64,000 bases of DNA from Camelus ferus (Eukaryota): positions 119,476,001 to 119,540,000 of the forward strand of contig NC_045696.1 in NCBI RefSeq assembly GCF_009834535.1, given 5' to 3'. Position numbers and translations under genes: made by a program. The notes under the pieces are model-generated. The model was not told the DNA's origin. It saw only the letters and a program-made list of their open reading frames with translations, and did not search any database. Each line of letters starts with the position of its first letter. Position 1 is the stretch's first letter. Shown one piece after another: positions 34,960 through 49,200 of this stretch.

Positions 34960-35600
34960 CCTCCTGTGATAGCAGGGTGTGGGGGTCCTCAGCCAGGCCC
35001 CCATTCGGTCACTCATGCCTTTGTGGCTAGAATATTCTTTCCTAGACAGTCCACCTCAGCCTTTCACCTCATTTACGTCTCTGCTCAGACGTTGCTGTGA
35101 ACTGTAGCTATCTCTCCCACCGTCGTCCCTCTGCCTACTTCTCTTTATGGCCCTTCGTACCGTCTGACCGATGATTTATAATGTGTTTATCAGGTGTCTC
35201 CGCCCATCCAAGAGCAGAGGCTTTGGTTTTATTAATAGCTGTCTGTCCGCAGTGCCAGTGTTCAGCACACAGTGTGAATTCAGTCAAATTTACTAATGAA
35301 TTCATTCATTCATTCATTCATTCATTCACAGAGTGCCAAGCCCCATGCCAGGCACTGATGATGCCTTTGGAAATTTCTGGATCTTGTGGGGAAATTAGAC
35401 CAGTAGAAAAATAATGGTAACACAACGTGGCAAGTGCTATTATTGGGGCATAGTGGTCCATTGATGTGAGCAACTTGCACAGAGCTGCAGCGAGCAGGTG
35501 TTAAGGGACTGATTTCCAGGAAGAAGCCGGGCAGACAGGCCCTAGACAGGATAGTGTGAGCAGGCAGGCAGGTGACGGCAGGGGTCTCTAGGACATCAGG
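34960..35600. mobile_element. Two L2 remnants tail-to-tail around a (TTCA)n tract
   Basis: Sense L2 3' end to ~35300, (TTCA)n at 35301-35328, then antisense L2 (ATGCCAGGCACTG...). Confidence 0.65.
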
Positions 35601-35844
35601 GTCAAGAGGACGATGAGACAGGGGAGGCCAGGCAAGCCCTAGGATGCAGCACCACTACTTCTAGAAACTCGTTCCTCGGAACTCTAGCATGAATGTGCAC
35701 AGATCCGTGTATGAGACAATCACTGCCTCACTGGTTACAATGGCAGAAAGCAGTAAGGAGTGACGTCAGCATTGATCGAGAGGGAAACAGCTGGATAAAT
35801 AAAGGAACCTCCATATTTTCGAGGACTGCGGCTCTTAAGAGAGC

Positions 35845-36770
35845 TTACACACAGATGGCCAACAGGCACGTGAAGAGATGCTCAGCATCGCTGATTGTCA
35901 GAGAAATGCAACACGACAATGAGGTACCACCTCGCACTGGTCAGAATGGCCTCCATTCAAAAGTCCAGAAACAATAAATGCTGGAGAGGATGTGGAGAAA
36001 AAGGAACCCTCCTACACTGCTGGTAGGAATGTAGTTTGGTGCAGCCATTATGGAGAACAGTCTGGAGATTCCCTAAAAACTAAAAATAGACTTACTATAT
36101 GACCAGCAATCCCACTCCTGGGCATTTATCCAGAGGGACGCTAATTTGAAAAGATACACGTACCGCAGTGTTCACAACAGCACTATTTACAATAGACAAG
36201 ACATGGAAGCAACCTAAATGTCCATTGACAGATGACTGGATAAAGAAGTTGTGGTATATTTATACAATGGGATACTACCCAGCCATAAAAAAGAATAAAA
36301 TAATGCCATTTTCAGCAACATGGATGGACCTGAAAATTATTATACTAAGTGAAGTCAGTCAGACAGAGAAAGACAAATATCATGATATCACTTATATGTG
36401 GAATCTAAAAAAAAAAGTGATACAAATGAACTTATTTAGAGACAGAAATAGACTCACAGACAAAGAAAACAAACCTGTGGTTGCCAAAGGGGAAAGGGGG
36501 TTGAGGAGGGATAAATTAGGAGTTTTGGATTTGCAGATACATAAAATAGATAAACAACAAAGTCCTACTGTATAGCACAGGGACCTATATTCAGTATCTT
36601 GTAATAGCCTATAATGAAAAAGAATCTGAAAAAGAATAGATACATAAATGTATAACTGAATGACTATGCTGTACACCTGAAACTAACAACATTGTAAATC
36701 AATAATACTTCAATTTAAAAAAATCTTTGAGTAAAAATCTTAAAAAACAAAACAAAACAAACAAAAAAGA
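35845..36770 (+). mobile_element. 5'-truncated L1 (~0.9 kb) inside an older L1M
   Basis: ORF2 C-terminal peptides [20 protein letters not shown] and MFTTALFTIDKTWKQPKCPLTDDWIKKLWYIYTMGYY, then 3'UTR and A tail. Confidence 0.95.
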
Positions 36771-37519
36771 AGAGTTGCCTCAGTCAGTATGTACCAACTT
36801 GGAAAGAGGTACATGATACCACATTAGATGGAAGGGAGGTTACCACACTATATGCACATACTGATACCCTTTTTGTTTAAATATATGCATACGTGTGTGT
36901 GTTTATATAAACACGGGATCACCCGGAAGGGAACAGCTATTGACAGTAGACTGTGGGACTGGAACAGACAAGGCGAGGCTATCACATTTGGGTATTATTT
37001 GAATTTGTGAAAACCGGCATGGATTAACTTTCAAATTAAATAGAAGGAAAGAAAGAAAAGAAAGTCCAAGGAGCTTACGGACACCAGGCATCAGGGCCAA
37101 ACTACAGGCACACGAATCCAGATCGGCTGGAATAATTAATCAAAGCAGGTCACAGAGTGAAAGCAAACGAGAAGCAGGAGTCAGGAAAGTGAGCTAGTTC
37201 AAGACCAGGGCAGGGCAGCGGGGAGGGCAGAGACATAGGTGACCTGATTCCAGGAGACGCACTGTTGACTTCTGCAGTGACCCACCTCCTGCAGGCCTTA
37301 CGTGTGTGCAGGAGGCCTGGGGGTCAGAAACAGCCACCTGCAGTCATGCTGTACTTTGATAGGGGCAGGCAGAGCAGAGCTGGGGATGGGGTGAGGAGTT
37401 TCTCATAAGGTGGGCCCAAGCCTTCCAGCTTCCTCTAAGCCAGCCCTCCCTCCAGGAGTCCTAGAGAAAAGAGCAGATGGTGGGGGGGACAGTGTGTCCT
37501 CTGCCTTTCTCACCAGCTC

Positions 37520-37660
37520 CTTTCACCTAAAAAGGATGTTCCTTTTGACTCCTTGCAGGACCTCTCAGAACTTTTAGCAAGCATATTTTTTGCACAGTGA
37601 ATCTCTAGGAAGAGATGCTGCGTGCAGTATTTCCCAAAAGTATTTAATCACAGAGCACTG
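37520..37660. mobile_element. MER103C/MER102-like Charlie fragment
   Basis: TGCAGGACCTCTCAGAACTTTTAGCAAGCATAT...GTGAATCTCTAGGAAG...TTTCCCAAAAGTATTTAATCACAGA. Confidence 0.6.
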
Positions 37661-37769
37661 CATTCATTAGGCAATAGATTTTATTTGCCATCAAGTTTTA
37701 ATGATTCAAGTATTACGTGGGTGCTTTCTCCTTGTCAGAGTCCCCAGGCCATCCTGCTGGAGGCCACGT

Positions 37770-38055
37770 GGAAAAAGAGGGCCTGAAGGATGAGACACCG
37801 CATGGAGACAGGAGTCACGTGCAAAGGGCCTGAGGCACCCAGCCTTGAGAGTGGGGCCATCTTGACCCTGCATCCCAGCCCAGCGAATGCAGCACCATGA
37901 GAGAGCTGCTGGTTCTAGTGGAACAGAAACAAGCCAGCCCTGCTGACCCACCCCTGCCCAAAGTCCTGACCCAGAGGCTCATGAGCAATAATCGGTTTGC
38001 TCGCCGCTGCTAAGTTTCACAGTGGTGGGTTATGCAGCCATAGGAAACTGATGTC
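37770..38055 (+). mobile_element. MLT1 LTR 3' portion
   Basis: GGCCATCTTGACCC; CCCTGCCCAAAGTCCTGACCCAGAGGCTCATGAGCAATAA; TATGCAGCCATAGGAAACTGAT. Confidence 0.75.
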
Positions 38056-39744
38056 TCCTGTTTTATCCCCAATGTCAACCTCCCCCTCTTCCAAGGGAAG
38101 ACCTTGTTTTTATCATGACTTGGTTTTCAGTAGTGCCATCAGATGTGTATTTTTTTGTAATCTCTTTTATCTTCTTGAGCTTTATAAATAGAAATTCAAG
38201 CTATATGTATTGTAGGGAGAATGGCGTTGTGGAATACTCACCCAGTGAAATATTATTCCAGCCGTGAAAATGAGCATTGCCACACACAGTACCGTGGAAG
38301 GATGGAACTTAGAGCCGTAGACATTGTATTGAAAACAGCAAGTTGCAGAAGATGACAATACAGCTTGTTCATCTTTTTATATGATTGTTGGCCATTTCTT
38401 CTTAAGTATGTTTCTTTTGCCCATTTTTCTTTGGGGTTGTCTTCTTCTTATTGATTTGTTGGAATTCTGTATAAATTTTAAGATGTGTCCCCCAAGATTG
38501 AGTACTAGGAATTACTTGAATCCCAAGAAACATTTCCAAGAATAGACTTTAAAATTACCAAACCAACCAACCAACAAAAAACACCCTGCATGGTACTGGG
38601 GAAAAAAAAAACAACAAGATTAACAACATATTACACAGACTCTTTGACTTCTTGGCTGAAAATTCCAAGGAGCAGAGACCCAAACAGAACTTTGGGCTCT
38701 GCTGCTCAGAAGGCTATTTATACAAATCCTCAGTGCACAGAGGTTCTATTTCATATTTTCTGTCTACCGAAAGGAAATGCACCCTTTAACTTGAGATACG
38801 GCCCCACTTTTTAACATTTCCTAGGATGGACCAATGAATTGCTGTTTTCCCAATAGTGAATTTATATAGCACTGAAGAAGTAGACTCCGTTAACCCCTGA
38901 AGGATCACATTTCCTTCACATGGGTCATTTGATAGGGCCATTATAGACCCAGATAAGGCACGTGGGGCTGTGTTTAATGTCTGGCAATTTTCTCGTGCCT
39001 CTTCATTTATTGAAAGAATGTCTCCATTAGTAGCCATTAGTCCGTTCTGCCAAGATGGGGCTAAATTATCCTCGATGGCTTAAGAGAATGCTTTTTCAAG
39101 AAAAATAATGGCCTTAATTGCTTAGTGGAATAGATACAGCTTTCTCTGTCATAACCTCCCCTCCTCCCCCAGGCGGAATTGGACACTGCTCACCCCAGTC
39201 AAAGAGCCAGGTCATTTTCTCGCTACCCGGAGAGTCAGCCCTCACTCCAGCCTGTGGCCTCTCAGGTAGCTGGCCACTCTCCCTGGGAGTAAACAGAGCT
39301 CCTCCACCCATCCCAGGACTGAGGCCTCCCACTCTCAGATTCATCCAGGGAGAAAGAGGGATGAGCCACCTTGCCGAGCAAACAATCTCACTCCCAGGGA
39401 CTCTGTTTCAGCAACAGGAAGCAAATCATGTTAGAGGGACCATCACCTCCCTCAAGCTCCTCACTGAAACCCGTCTCCTTTCTGACCTTTCTTTTGAAGC
39501 ATATGCTCGATGGAAAGTATGGTTTGCAAGAGGGAGGTTGTAGGTGTGTGGGGGAGGGTATTTTTCATGATTAAAATAAGTTTTTTACGTAGCTTTTTTT
39601 TTTTTATAGGAAACTGTAAAGTTTAATTAATGAAAAGCTTCCACCTCTGAAACATGGGTATCTCTCCCCAGGATTTGTCTTTTTCATACTGTCTCCTCAG
39701 AAGTCAATCCACTCTCACAGGCATTACATCATTTCAGTTGAGGT

Positions 39745-40225
39745 AGCTTCAGGTGAAAATAATAGAATTCCGATGAATAGTGACTTAAATAACAGACATT
39801 TAATAAACTTTTGTGTCACAAGAAGTCCGGAGATAGGCAAATCCAGATGTTCAGCAGATCATCGAGGGTACCAGTGACCAAAGTTCTTACCATCTTTCTC
39901 CTGTGTCACTGTCAGTGTGTCAGCCACAGCCCTCAAGATGCTGCTCCAACAACTCCCTTCTCTCCTGACAGGTCACAAGCAGGAAGGATGGAGTTGAAAG
40001 CAAAGCCTGGAGGTCTCTTTTGTCAGGAAGAGAATCCGTTCCAGGAGCCCTGGAATCTCATTGGCCAGAATCAGATCACATGCTCACCCCTGGACCAATC
40101 AAAGGAAAGCAAGGTACCACATTTGGACTCAGGCCAATCATGGTTTATTGGCAACCCAACTCTCCACTGGGGCCCTGGCAACCCAAACACAGGTGGGATT
40201 CTATTCAGAAGGAAGGAGGAATAGG
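39745..40225 (-). mobile_element. MLT1 (J/K-like) LTR
   Basis: AGTGACTTAAATAACAGAC...CACAAGAAGTCCGGAGATAGGCA; TCTCATTGGCCAGAATCAGATCACATGCTCACCCCTGGACCAATC. Confidence 0.75.
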
Positions 40226-40690
40226 GGCCACAGCTCCCAGGTCCTTATTTCCAGCCCTGACAGTTCTTACCTTCAGTTGCATCTTTCCAACTGCCTGGTG
40301 GGCAGCACTGCCTCATTGTCCTGACACCTCAAACTTAGTCTGTCAGGGAAAAAATTTCTTTTTTAAAAAGTTGAAGTATAATTGATTTACAATGTTGTTA
40401 GTTTCAGGTGTATAGCAAAGTGATCAGCTATAAATATACATATACATATGTATACTTTTTCAGATTCTTTTGCACTATAGGTTATTATAAGCTGTTGAAT
40501 ATAGTTCCCTGTGCTGTACAGTAGGTTTCTGTTGTTTATCTATTTTATAGATAGTAGTGTGTATATGTTAATCCCAAACTCCTGATTTATCCCTCCCTCC
40601 CACCAATTTCCTCTTTGGTAATCATAATTTGTTTACTATGTCTGTAAGTCTATTTCTGGTTTGTAAATATGTTCATTTGTATCCTTTTTC

Positions 40691-43600
40691 TTAATTCCAC
40701 ATATAAGTGATATCATATAATATTTGTCTCTCTCTATCTGATTTACTTCACTTAGTATGATAATCTCCAGGTCCATCCATGTATATGAATAATGCAAATG
40801 GCATCATTTCATTCTTTTTTATGGCTGAGTAGTATTCCATTGTATAAATACACCACATCTTCTTTATCCAGTCATCTGCCAATGAACATTTAGGTGGCTT
40901 CCATGTATTGACTATTGTAAATAGTGCTGCTATGAACACTGGGGTCCAGATATCTTTTTGAGTTAGAGTTTTTTCTGGATAGATGCCTAGTACTGGGTGG
41001 ATCATATGGTAACTCTACTTTTAGTTTTTAGGGAATCTCCATACTGTATTCCCTAATGGCTGCACCAAACTACATTCCCACCAACAGTGTACCTTTTTCT
41101 CCACACCGTTTCCAGCATTTATCATTTGTAGACTTTAATGGTGGCCATTCTAACTGGTGTGAGGTGATACCTCGTTGTAGTTTCTCTGATAATTAGCAAT
41201 ATTGAGCATCTTTTCATGTGCCTGTTGACCATCTTTATGTCTTCTTTGGAGAAATGTCTATTTAGGTCTTCTACCCATTTTTTGATTGGATTGTTTGTTG
41301 TTTTGATATTGAGGTATGTGAGCTGCTTGTATATTTTGAAAATTAATCCCTCGTTGGTCTCATTGCTTGCAAATATTTTCTCCCGTTCCATACGTTGTCT
41401 TTTCATTTTGTCTATGGTTTCCTTTGCAGCACAGAAGCTTTCAAGTTTAATTAGGTCCCATTTGCTTAATTTTGCTTTCATTTCCATACTCTGAGAGACA
41501 GATTTAAAAACATATTGCTGCAATTTATGTCAAAGAGTGTTCTTCCTATGTCTTCTTGTAGGAGTTTTATAGTATCTGATCTTACAGTTAGGTCTTTAAT
41601 CCATTTTGAGTTTTGTATATGGTGTTAGAGAATGTTCTAATTTCATTCTTTTACAAGTAGCTGTTCGGTTTTCCCAGCACCACTTATTAAAGAGACTGTC
41701 TTTCCACCATTGCATAGTCTTACCTCCTTTGTTATGGATTAACTGACCATAAGTGCATGGGTTTAGTTCTGGACTTTCTATCCTGTTGTGTTGATCTATG
41801 TGTCTGTTTTTGTGCCAGTACCATACTGTTTTGATTACTGTAGCTTTGTAGGATATTCTAAAGTCAGGGAGTGTGATTCCCCAGCTCTGTTCTTCTTTCT
41901 CAAGATTGTTTTGACTATTTGGGGTCTTTTATGTTTCCATACAAAATTTTTAAAATGTTTCATTCCAGCTCTATGAAAAACCATCGGTAATTGATAGGGA
42001 TTGCATTGAATCTGTATATTGCCTTGGATAGTATGGCCATTTTCACAGTAATGATTCTTACAATCCAAGAATATGATATATCTGTTTGTGTTGTCCTCAC
42101 TTTCTTTCATCAGTGCCTTATACTTTTCCAAGTACAATTCGTTTGCCTCCCTAGATAACTTTATTCTTAGATATTTTATTCTATTTGGTGCGATGGTAAA
42201 TGGGATTGTTTCCTTAATTTCTTTTTCTGCTATTTCATTATTAGTGTATAGAAATGTAACAGATTTCTGTATATCAATTTTGTATCCTGCCACTTTACCA
42301 GAATCATTGATGAGCTTTAGTAGTTTTCTGGTAAAATCTTTAGGATTTTCTCTGTATAGTATCATGCCATCTGTAAACCATGACAGTTGTACCACTTCTT
42401 TTCCAGTTTGGATCCCTTTTATTTCCTTTTCTTTTCTGATTGCTATGGCTAGGACTTCACAAACTATGTGGTTAGAGTGGGCATCCTTGTTCCTGATCTT
42501 AGAGAAAACGCTTTCAGCTTTTCACCATTGAGTATGATGTTAGCTGTGATTTGTCATCTTTGGCCTATATTATGTTGAGGTATGTTCCTTTTTGCCCACT
42601 TTCTTGAGAGTTTTTATCATAAATGACTGTTGAATTTTATCAAAAGCTTTCTCTACATCTATTGAGATCATCATATGGTTTTTATTCTTTCAATTAATGT
42701 GGTGTATCATATTGATTTATGAATATTGAAAAATCCTTGCATCCCTGGGATAAATCCCATTTGATCATGGTGTATGATCCTTCTAATACAGCGTTAGAGT
42801 CAGCTTGCTAGGATTTTGTTGAGGATTTTTGCATCTATATTCATAAATGATGTTGGCCTGTAATTTTCTTTTTTGTGATATATTTGCCTGGTTTTGGTAT
42901 CAGGATGATGGTGGCCTTATAGAATGAGTTTGGGAGTGTTCCTTCCTCTGCAATTTTTTTGGGAAAGTTTCAGAAGGACAGGTGTTAACTCTTCTCTAAA
43001 TGTTTGGTAGATTCACCTGTGAAGCCATTTGGTCCAGGATATTGTTTGTTGGGAGTTTTTAAATTATTGATTCAATTTTAGTACTGATAATTTGTCTCTC
43101 CATCATTTTCTATTTCTTCCTGGTTCAGTCTTGGGGGATTGTGCCTTTCTAAGAATTTGTCCATTTCTTCTAGGTTATCCATTTCATTGGTGTATAGTTG
43201 CTCATAGTAGCCTTTTATGACTCTTTGTATTTCTGTGGTGTCAGTTGTAACTTCTCCTTTTCCATTTCTGGTTTTATTGATTTGAGCCCTCTCCCTTTTT
43301 TTTTTTTTTTTTTTTTTTTGTTGATGAGTCTGGCTAAAGGTTTATCAGTTTTGTTTATCTTTTCAAAGAACCAGCTTTTAATTTCATTGATCTTTTCTAT
43401 TTTTTTAAGTCTCTATTTCCTTTATTTCTGCTCTGATATTTATGATTTCTTTCCTTCTACTAACTTTGGGTTTTGTTTGTTCTTCTTTCTCTAGTTGATT
43501 TTGGTGTAAGATTAGGTTGTTTACTTCAAATTTTTCTTGTGTCCTAAGGTAAGCTTGTATCACTGTAAACTTCCCTCTTAGAACTGCTTTTGCTGCATCC

Positions 43601-44453
43601 CAGAGGTTTTGGATCATTGTATTTTCATTTTGATTTGTCTCTATATATTTTTTAATTTCCTCTTTGATTTCTTCAGTGATCCACTGGTTGTTTAGTAGCA
43701 TATTGTTGTTTAGCCTCCATGTGTTTATGTTTTTTGCAGTTTTTTCTTGCAGTTAATTTCTAATCTTATAGTGTTGTGGTCTGAAAAGATGCTTGATGTG
43801 ATTTAAGTTTTCTTAAATGTACCAAGACTTGCTTTGTGGCCCAGCATGTGGTCAATTCTGGGGAATGTTCCATGTGCACTTGAGAAGAATGTGTATCCTG
43901 CTGCTTTTGGATAGAATGCTCTATAAGTATCAATTAAGTCCAACTGGTCTTATGTGTCATTTAAGGCCTGTGTTTCCTTATTGATTTTCTGTCTGGATGA
44001 TCTGTCATTGATGTAAGTGGGGTGTTAAGTCCCCCACTATTATTGTGTTACTGTGCCAATTTCTCCCTTTATGTCTGTTAACATTTGCCTTTGCCTTATA
44101 TATATTGGGTGCATATATATTTACAACTGTTATATCTTCTTCTTGGATTGATCCCTTCATCATTATGTAGTGTCCTTTGTTGTCTCTTGTAACAGTCTTT
44201 ATTTTAAAGTCTATTTACCTAAGATAACTATTGCTACTGTAGCTTTCTCTTGATTTCCATTTGCATGGAATACCTTTTTCCATCCCCTCACTTTCAGTCT
44301 GTATGTCTCTTTAAATCAGAAATGAGTCTCTCATAAGCAGCAAATATATGGGTCAAGTTTTTGTATCCACTCAGCCAGTCTGTGTCTTTTGGTTGGAGCA
44401 TTTAGTCCACTTACATTTCAGGTTATTATTGATATGTACGTTCTTATTGCCAT
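40691..44453 (-). pseudogene. L1 ORF2 (endonuclease/reverse transcriptase), disrupted
   Basis: Starts MAIRTYISIIT. ORF-track fragments MLLNNQWITEEIKEEIKKYIETN, FTDGMILYRENPKD...KVAGYKIDIQKSV (RT core, FADD decayed) and [17 protein letters not shown]. Many stops and frameshifts. Confidence 0.95.
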
Positions 44454-44922
44454 TTTGTTAATTGTTTTGGATTTGTTTTTGTATGTCTTTTTTTCACTTT
44501 TCTTCTTTTGTTCTCTTCTCTTGTGATTTGGTGACTCTCTTAGTGTTATGTTTGGATTTCTTTTTCTTTTTTGTGTGTATATCTATTATAGATTTTTGGT
44601 TTGCAGTTACCATGAGCTCTTAGTATAGCAGTCTCTATTATCCATGATTGCTTAACACTGATGATCTCTTAATTTCAAATGCATTTTAAATACTCTGCAT
44701 TTGTACTCTCCTCCTCTAACAATTACTACTTTTGATATTGTATTTTATCTTTAAATGTTTTGTGTATCCCTTAACTTTTTATTGTGGATACAGATGATTT
44801 TTTACCATTTTTATCTTTTAACCTTCCTCCTAGTTTGTGTGTGGATGATTTCCTACCTTTACTGTATGTTTGCCTTTTCCATTTCATAGTTTTCTTGTTT
44901 CTAGTGGCCATTTCTTTCCTGC

Positions 44923-45792
44923 CTAGAGAAGTTCCTTTAGCATTTGTTGCAAAGCTGGTTTGGTGGAGCTTTGTAAAGCTTTTGATTACTCTGTCAAATG
45001 TGAATGAGAGCCTTGCTGGATAGAGTATTCTTGGTTGTAGGTTTTTCCATTTCGTCACTGTAAATATATCCTGCCGCTCCCTTCTGGCCTGCAGAGCTTC
45101 TTCTGAAAAATCCACTGATAGTCTTATGGGAGTTCCCTTCTATGTTATTTGTTCCTTTTCTCTTGTTAATTTTACTATTCTCTCTTTACCTTTGGTTTTT
45201 GTCATTTTAATTATAATATGTCTAGGTGTGCTCCTCTTAGGGTCAGTCTTGTATGGGACTCTGCACTCCCTGGCTTTGGGTGACTGTTTCCCCAGTTAGG
45301 GAGATTTTCAGCTTTTATCTCTTCAAATATTTTCTCAGGCCCTTTCTCTCTTCCTCTTCTCCTCTGGGACCCTTATAATGCAACATTATTGTGCTTGATG
45401 TTGCCCCAGAGATCTCTTAAACTGTCCTCTTTCTTTTCGTTCTTTTTTCCTTTTTCTGTTCTGTGGTAGTAATTTCCACGACTCTGTTTTCTAGCTCACT
45501 GATCCATTCTTCTGCCTCATTTAGTCTACTATTGGTTTCTTCTTGTGTATTTTTAATTTCAGTTATAGTATTCTTCAGTTCTGTTTGGTGGTTCTTTGTA
45601 TTTTCTAGCTCCGTGTTAAAGACTGCTAGCTTCTCACTCTGTGCATCATTCTTCTCCCAAGTTCTCTAATCACCTTTACGATCATTACTCTAAACTCCAT
45701 CTTGGGTAGATTGCCATCCCCACATCACTTAGTTCTTTTTCTGCAATTTTATCTTGTCCCTTTGTCTGGAACGTATTCCTCTGCCACCTCAT
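44923..45792 (-). pseudogene. L1 ORF1, disrupted
   Basis: ATG at 45792 (MRWQRNTFQTK); DFSEEALQARRERQDIF...NLQPRILYPARLSF; ends QQMLKELL*. Confidence 0.9.
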
Positions 45793-48559
45793 CTTGTCTA
45801 AATTTCTATTTGTATTTTTATGTATGTGGTGGGTTAGTCACATTTCTCAACCTTGGAGAAATGGCCCTCTGTAGGGGACGTCCTGTACATCCCAGCAGTG
45901 CACCCCACTCTCATCACCCAAGGGCTAGCTGGTCCCAGGGTTGGATCTGTCTTGCATTTGTGGACTTGTTCCATAGGCTGCAGATCATAGTTTTCTTGCT
46001 TCTGGTGTCTGTACCCTGGTGGGTGAGGCTGGACTAGAGGCTTATGCAGGTTTCCTGGCAGGAGGGCCAATGCCTACCCTATGGTGGGAAGGGCTGGTCC
46101 TGCCCCTCTGCTGGGTAGGGTCCCGTCTAGGGGCGTGTCTAGAGGCAGCTGTGGGCTCATGAGCCTTTAGGCAGCCTGTCTGCTGATGAGTGAGGCTGTG
46201 TTCCCACCCAGTTAGTTGTTTGGCCTGAGGTGTCCTGGCACTGGAGCCTCCAGGCTGTTGGGTGGGGCAGGGTCTTGGTGCTAATGACTGAATCAAGATG
46301 TCAGACTCAGGAGAGTTCACGCAGATGAATACTCCCCGATATGTGCACCAACATGTCTATGTGCTCAGGGTTAGCTGCACCCGCCCCCAGCATCCCCAGG
46401 AGACCCTTAAGACCAGCAGGTAGGTCTGGCCCAGGTTCCTGTGAAGTTACTGCTTTTGCCCTTGGTCCCTGTGAGTGTGTGATTTTGTGTGCATCCTTTA
46501 AGAGTGACGTCTCTTTCTGCCAGTCCTGTGGAGCCCCTGCACTTAAGCCCCACTGGCCTTTAAAGCCAAATACTCTGGGGGCTTCTCTTCCTGATGATGT
46601 ACCCCTCTGCTGGGGAGCCTGACGTGGGCCTTAGAACTCTCACTCCTATGGGGGAACCCCTGCAATATAATTATTCTTCAGTTTGTGGGTCACCCACCCA
46701 GGGGTATAGGATTTGATTATATCGTGAGTGTGCCCCTCCTGCCATCTCATTGTGGTTCCTACTGTATGCCTTTAGATGTAGAAGATCTTTTCCTGTAGGT
46801 TCAGTCTTTTTTGTCAATGGTGTTGAGCCGTTAGTTGTGACTTTGTTGTGTTCATGAAAGGAGATGCGCTCCCACCCCTTCTGTTCCTCCATCTTAATCC
46901 AGTAATCAGAAAATCCCTTTTCTCATCTAATAGATGACTCCTTTCTCTGCATTTCTTGACTTTTCCAGTGGTAGTTTCATCCATCTGTCTACCCATCATG
47001 GAGGCTGTGAACCTCAGAATCATTCTGGACGCCCTTGATCTGGATTTCTTTACCGAGTTGGTCCCCAGAGCGGTCAAATCTTTGTCTTCCTAACGTCTCC
47101 CACCAGCTCACCATTTCCACTCTTTTTACCATCCCTTCAGTCACACTGTCCCTAATGCACACGGACCGCTTCATTTCATCTGAAATGGGCCCCGGCCTCC
47201 AGGGCCATGTGCTCTGCCACCAAACTCACCTTCTTAAGGCCTACAGTTCTCACCTCTCCCTTGCCTGGGATGAGGCTCCCATAGTCCCACAGGAAGACAA
47301 TACAGAATTCTTAGTTTGAGTTTTAAAATTTTTCTAAACATTACCTTTTAAAAAGGATCCCCCATTATTTTCTGCTCTGGCCCGACTGGCTGAGTCATTT
47401 TTCTCCGAAGGCTGCTTTATGCATTACCATCACCACACACACGTCCACACCATCCCCTCAGACAGTCATACCTTTCCCCTTTCTCTCTCCTCTCTGACTC
47501 CTACCTGGCCAACTTGTGGCTCACTGCTGAAATCTCCTTAAATACCCTGGGCTTCAATGAGTGTGTTCTCCTCTGAAATCCTCCATGCATGTGGAATTAT
47601 TAATCAATTTTTAAAAAGAAACTAGGGTTAAATAGTTAGGCAAGTGTCACTTGGCACTGGCCATGTTACCAGCCCTTTGTAATGTTCCACAATGATACTT
47701 ACATGGTAAATAATGATATTATACCCATCGTTCAACATTGAGGAAAATTTTTAAAAGATTCCATTCTAACATTAAACTTCAGAAAGTTCAGAGTCCTTTT
47801 AAAAGGTAATGGTGGTAGCAGTATAATACAAGCCTGCAGCAGATTCTTCAAAAGAGTGCCAGTGAATCTTTACAATGTGATGACATCCATCAGTGGAGAG
47901 ACCATTCATTCATTCTTCATTCATAGTTGGGAGATTGCAATTTTATTGCCTGACAACTGTCACCAGAATTCTTGGCAGGAGAACTCTCTATATTTAGGAA
48001 AATATCTTGACAAATTGCTTGGGGATAGACAGTGATGTTCAGAAGGAATACGACTGCATGGTTTGAATCAGGGCACCATGCTTCTGTCTAGGGAAGTGGA
48101 GGACTGATCTTCTTAACCATTTGCTCATAAAGAAATGGCAAATCACTTAAAGAAAAATGGCAAGGTATCAAGACAGAATGTTGTGTAGGAAACCAGAAGG
48201 CATGCAGAACTATTTTCTATTCAAGTGTTTTATAAGAACTACAGCAGAAGAGTAGGAGGCCTTGGGCTTAGCTGTTAGCATTAGGTGAAGGGGGGTCTGG
48301 TACCAAGTTGCCCACAGGCTTCTGTGAAGGCATTGGTCCGAGTATAGCTTTTTGTTGATATCTAGGGTTTTGCTGCTTGTTCTGGCTTTACCGCTTAGAA
48401 GCTTCATCAGAACTCTGAATTTATTTCTTCATTTGGAAGATGGAAGAGGGGAGTTCTGTGCTATGTCCCAGCCTGTATTCTATTTTCTAGATGTGCTCAT
48501 GTTTATGTTGATCTTTCACAAGACTGAGTTCCCATTTTTCAATTCACATTTCTTTGGTA

Positions 48560-49200
48560 AAATTGTCGACACTGGTAGGATGCTTTTGGCTGCAAGTAAA
48601 AGAAAATTCCACTTCAACTGGCTTATACCCTAAGGGTGATTTATTGGTTCACATAACTGGAAAAGTCCAGATGTTGAGTAGCCATCAGGTGTGGTTCCAT
48701 CAGCCTCTCTATGATTTGCTGCCCTGTCTCCCCTTTTGTGGGCTGGCAGCTTACTCAGGCTGACCACAAGGTGATCATAGCATTTCCTGGCCTTGCAGTC
48801 TGGCTGTAATAAAGTCCATAAGAGGAGGGATCATCTTGTCCAGCAACCCTACTCTTAAAATCAGAAACCCTCCTAACCAGAAACTCCTACCAAACCTTCC
48901 ATTTCGTCTCATTGGCCAGAATTTTGTCACATGCCCGCTTCTAAACTAATTCCCCTGGCCTGAGGAATGCTGCTTGCTGATAATCTAAGATCCAGACTCT
49001 TAAACTCATCTCTGTGGCAAGGGGGCAGGATTACTCATAGACCCATCAAGCCCACACTGCACCTGGAGGTGGAGTCAGCCTCCCTAAACCCCAGACCTGC
49101 ATGGGGGCAGCAGTGTCCCTGGGCAGAAAGCAAGGCACTGCCAGCACCAGGCAAGAGGAAATGGATGCCCTGTAGGCATCTGCAAAGTTTGCTCTGTACA
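48560..49200 (-). mobile_element. MLT1 (J/K-like) LTR
   Basis: GGATGCTTTTGGCTGCAAGTAAAAGAAAA...TTATTGGTTCACATAACTGGAAAAGTCCAG; TCTCATTGGCCAGAATTTTGTCACATGCCC. Confidence 0.8.

Larger units (their letters stand above)
40358..46907 (-). mobile_element. Near-full-length decayed L1 (~6.55 kb) inserted into an L2
   Basis: 5'UTR (AAGATGGAGG start), ORF1, ~470-bp spacer, ORF2, 3'UTR and tail are all present in order. L2 sequence resumes on both flanks. Degenerate TSD AAAATTTCTTTT / AAAATCCCTTTT. Confidence 0.96.

Noticed and set aside
35240..35360. miR-28/151-like hairpin from tail-to-tail L2s
   Set aside because: The arms are too diverged by eye; only short CAGTGCC/GGCACTG pairing is evident.
47860..48200. 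Possible CR1/L3 remnant or coding exon
   Set aside because: Only vague similarity, with no sustained frame or motif I can support.
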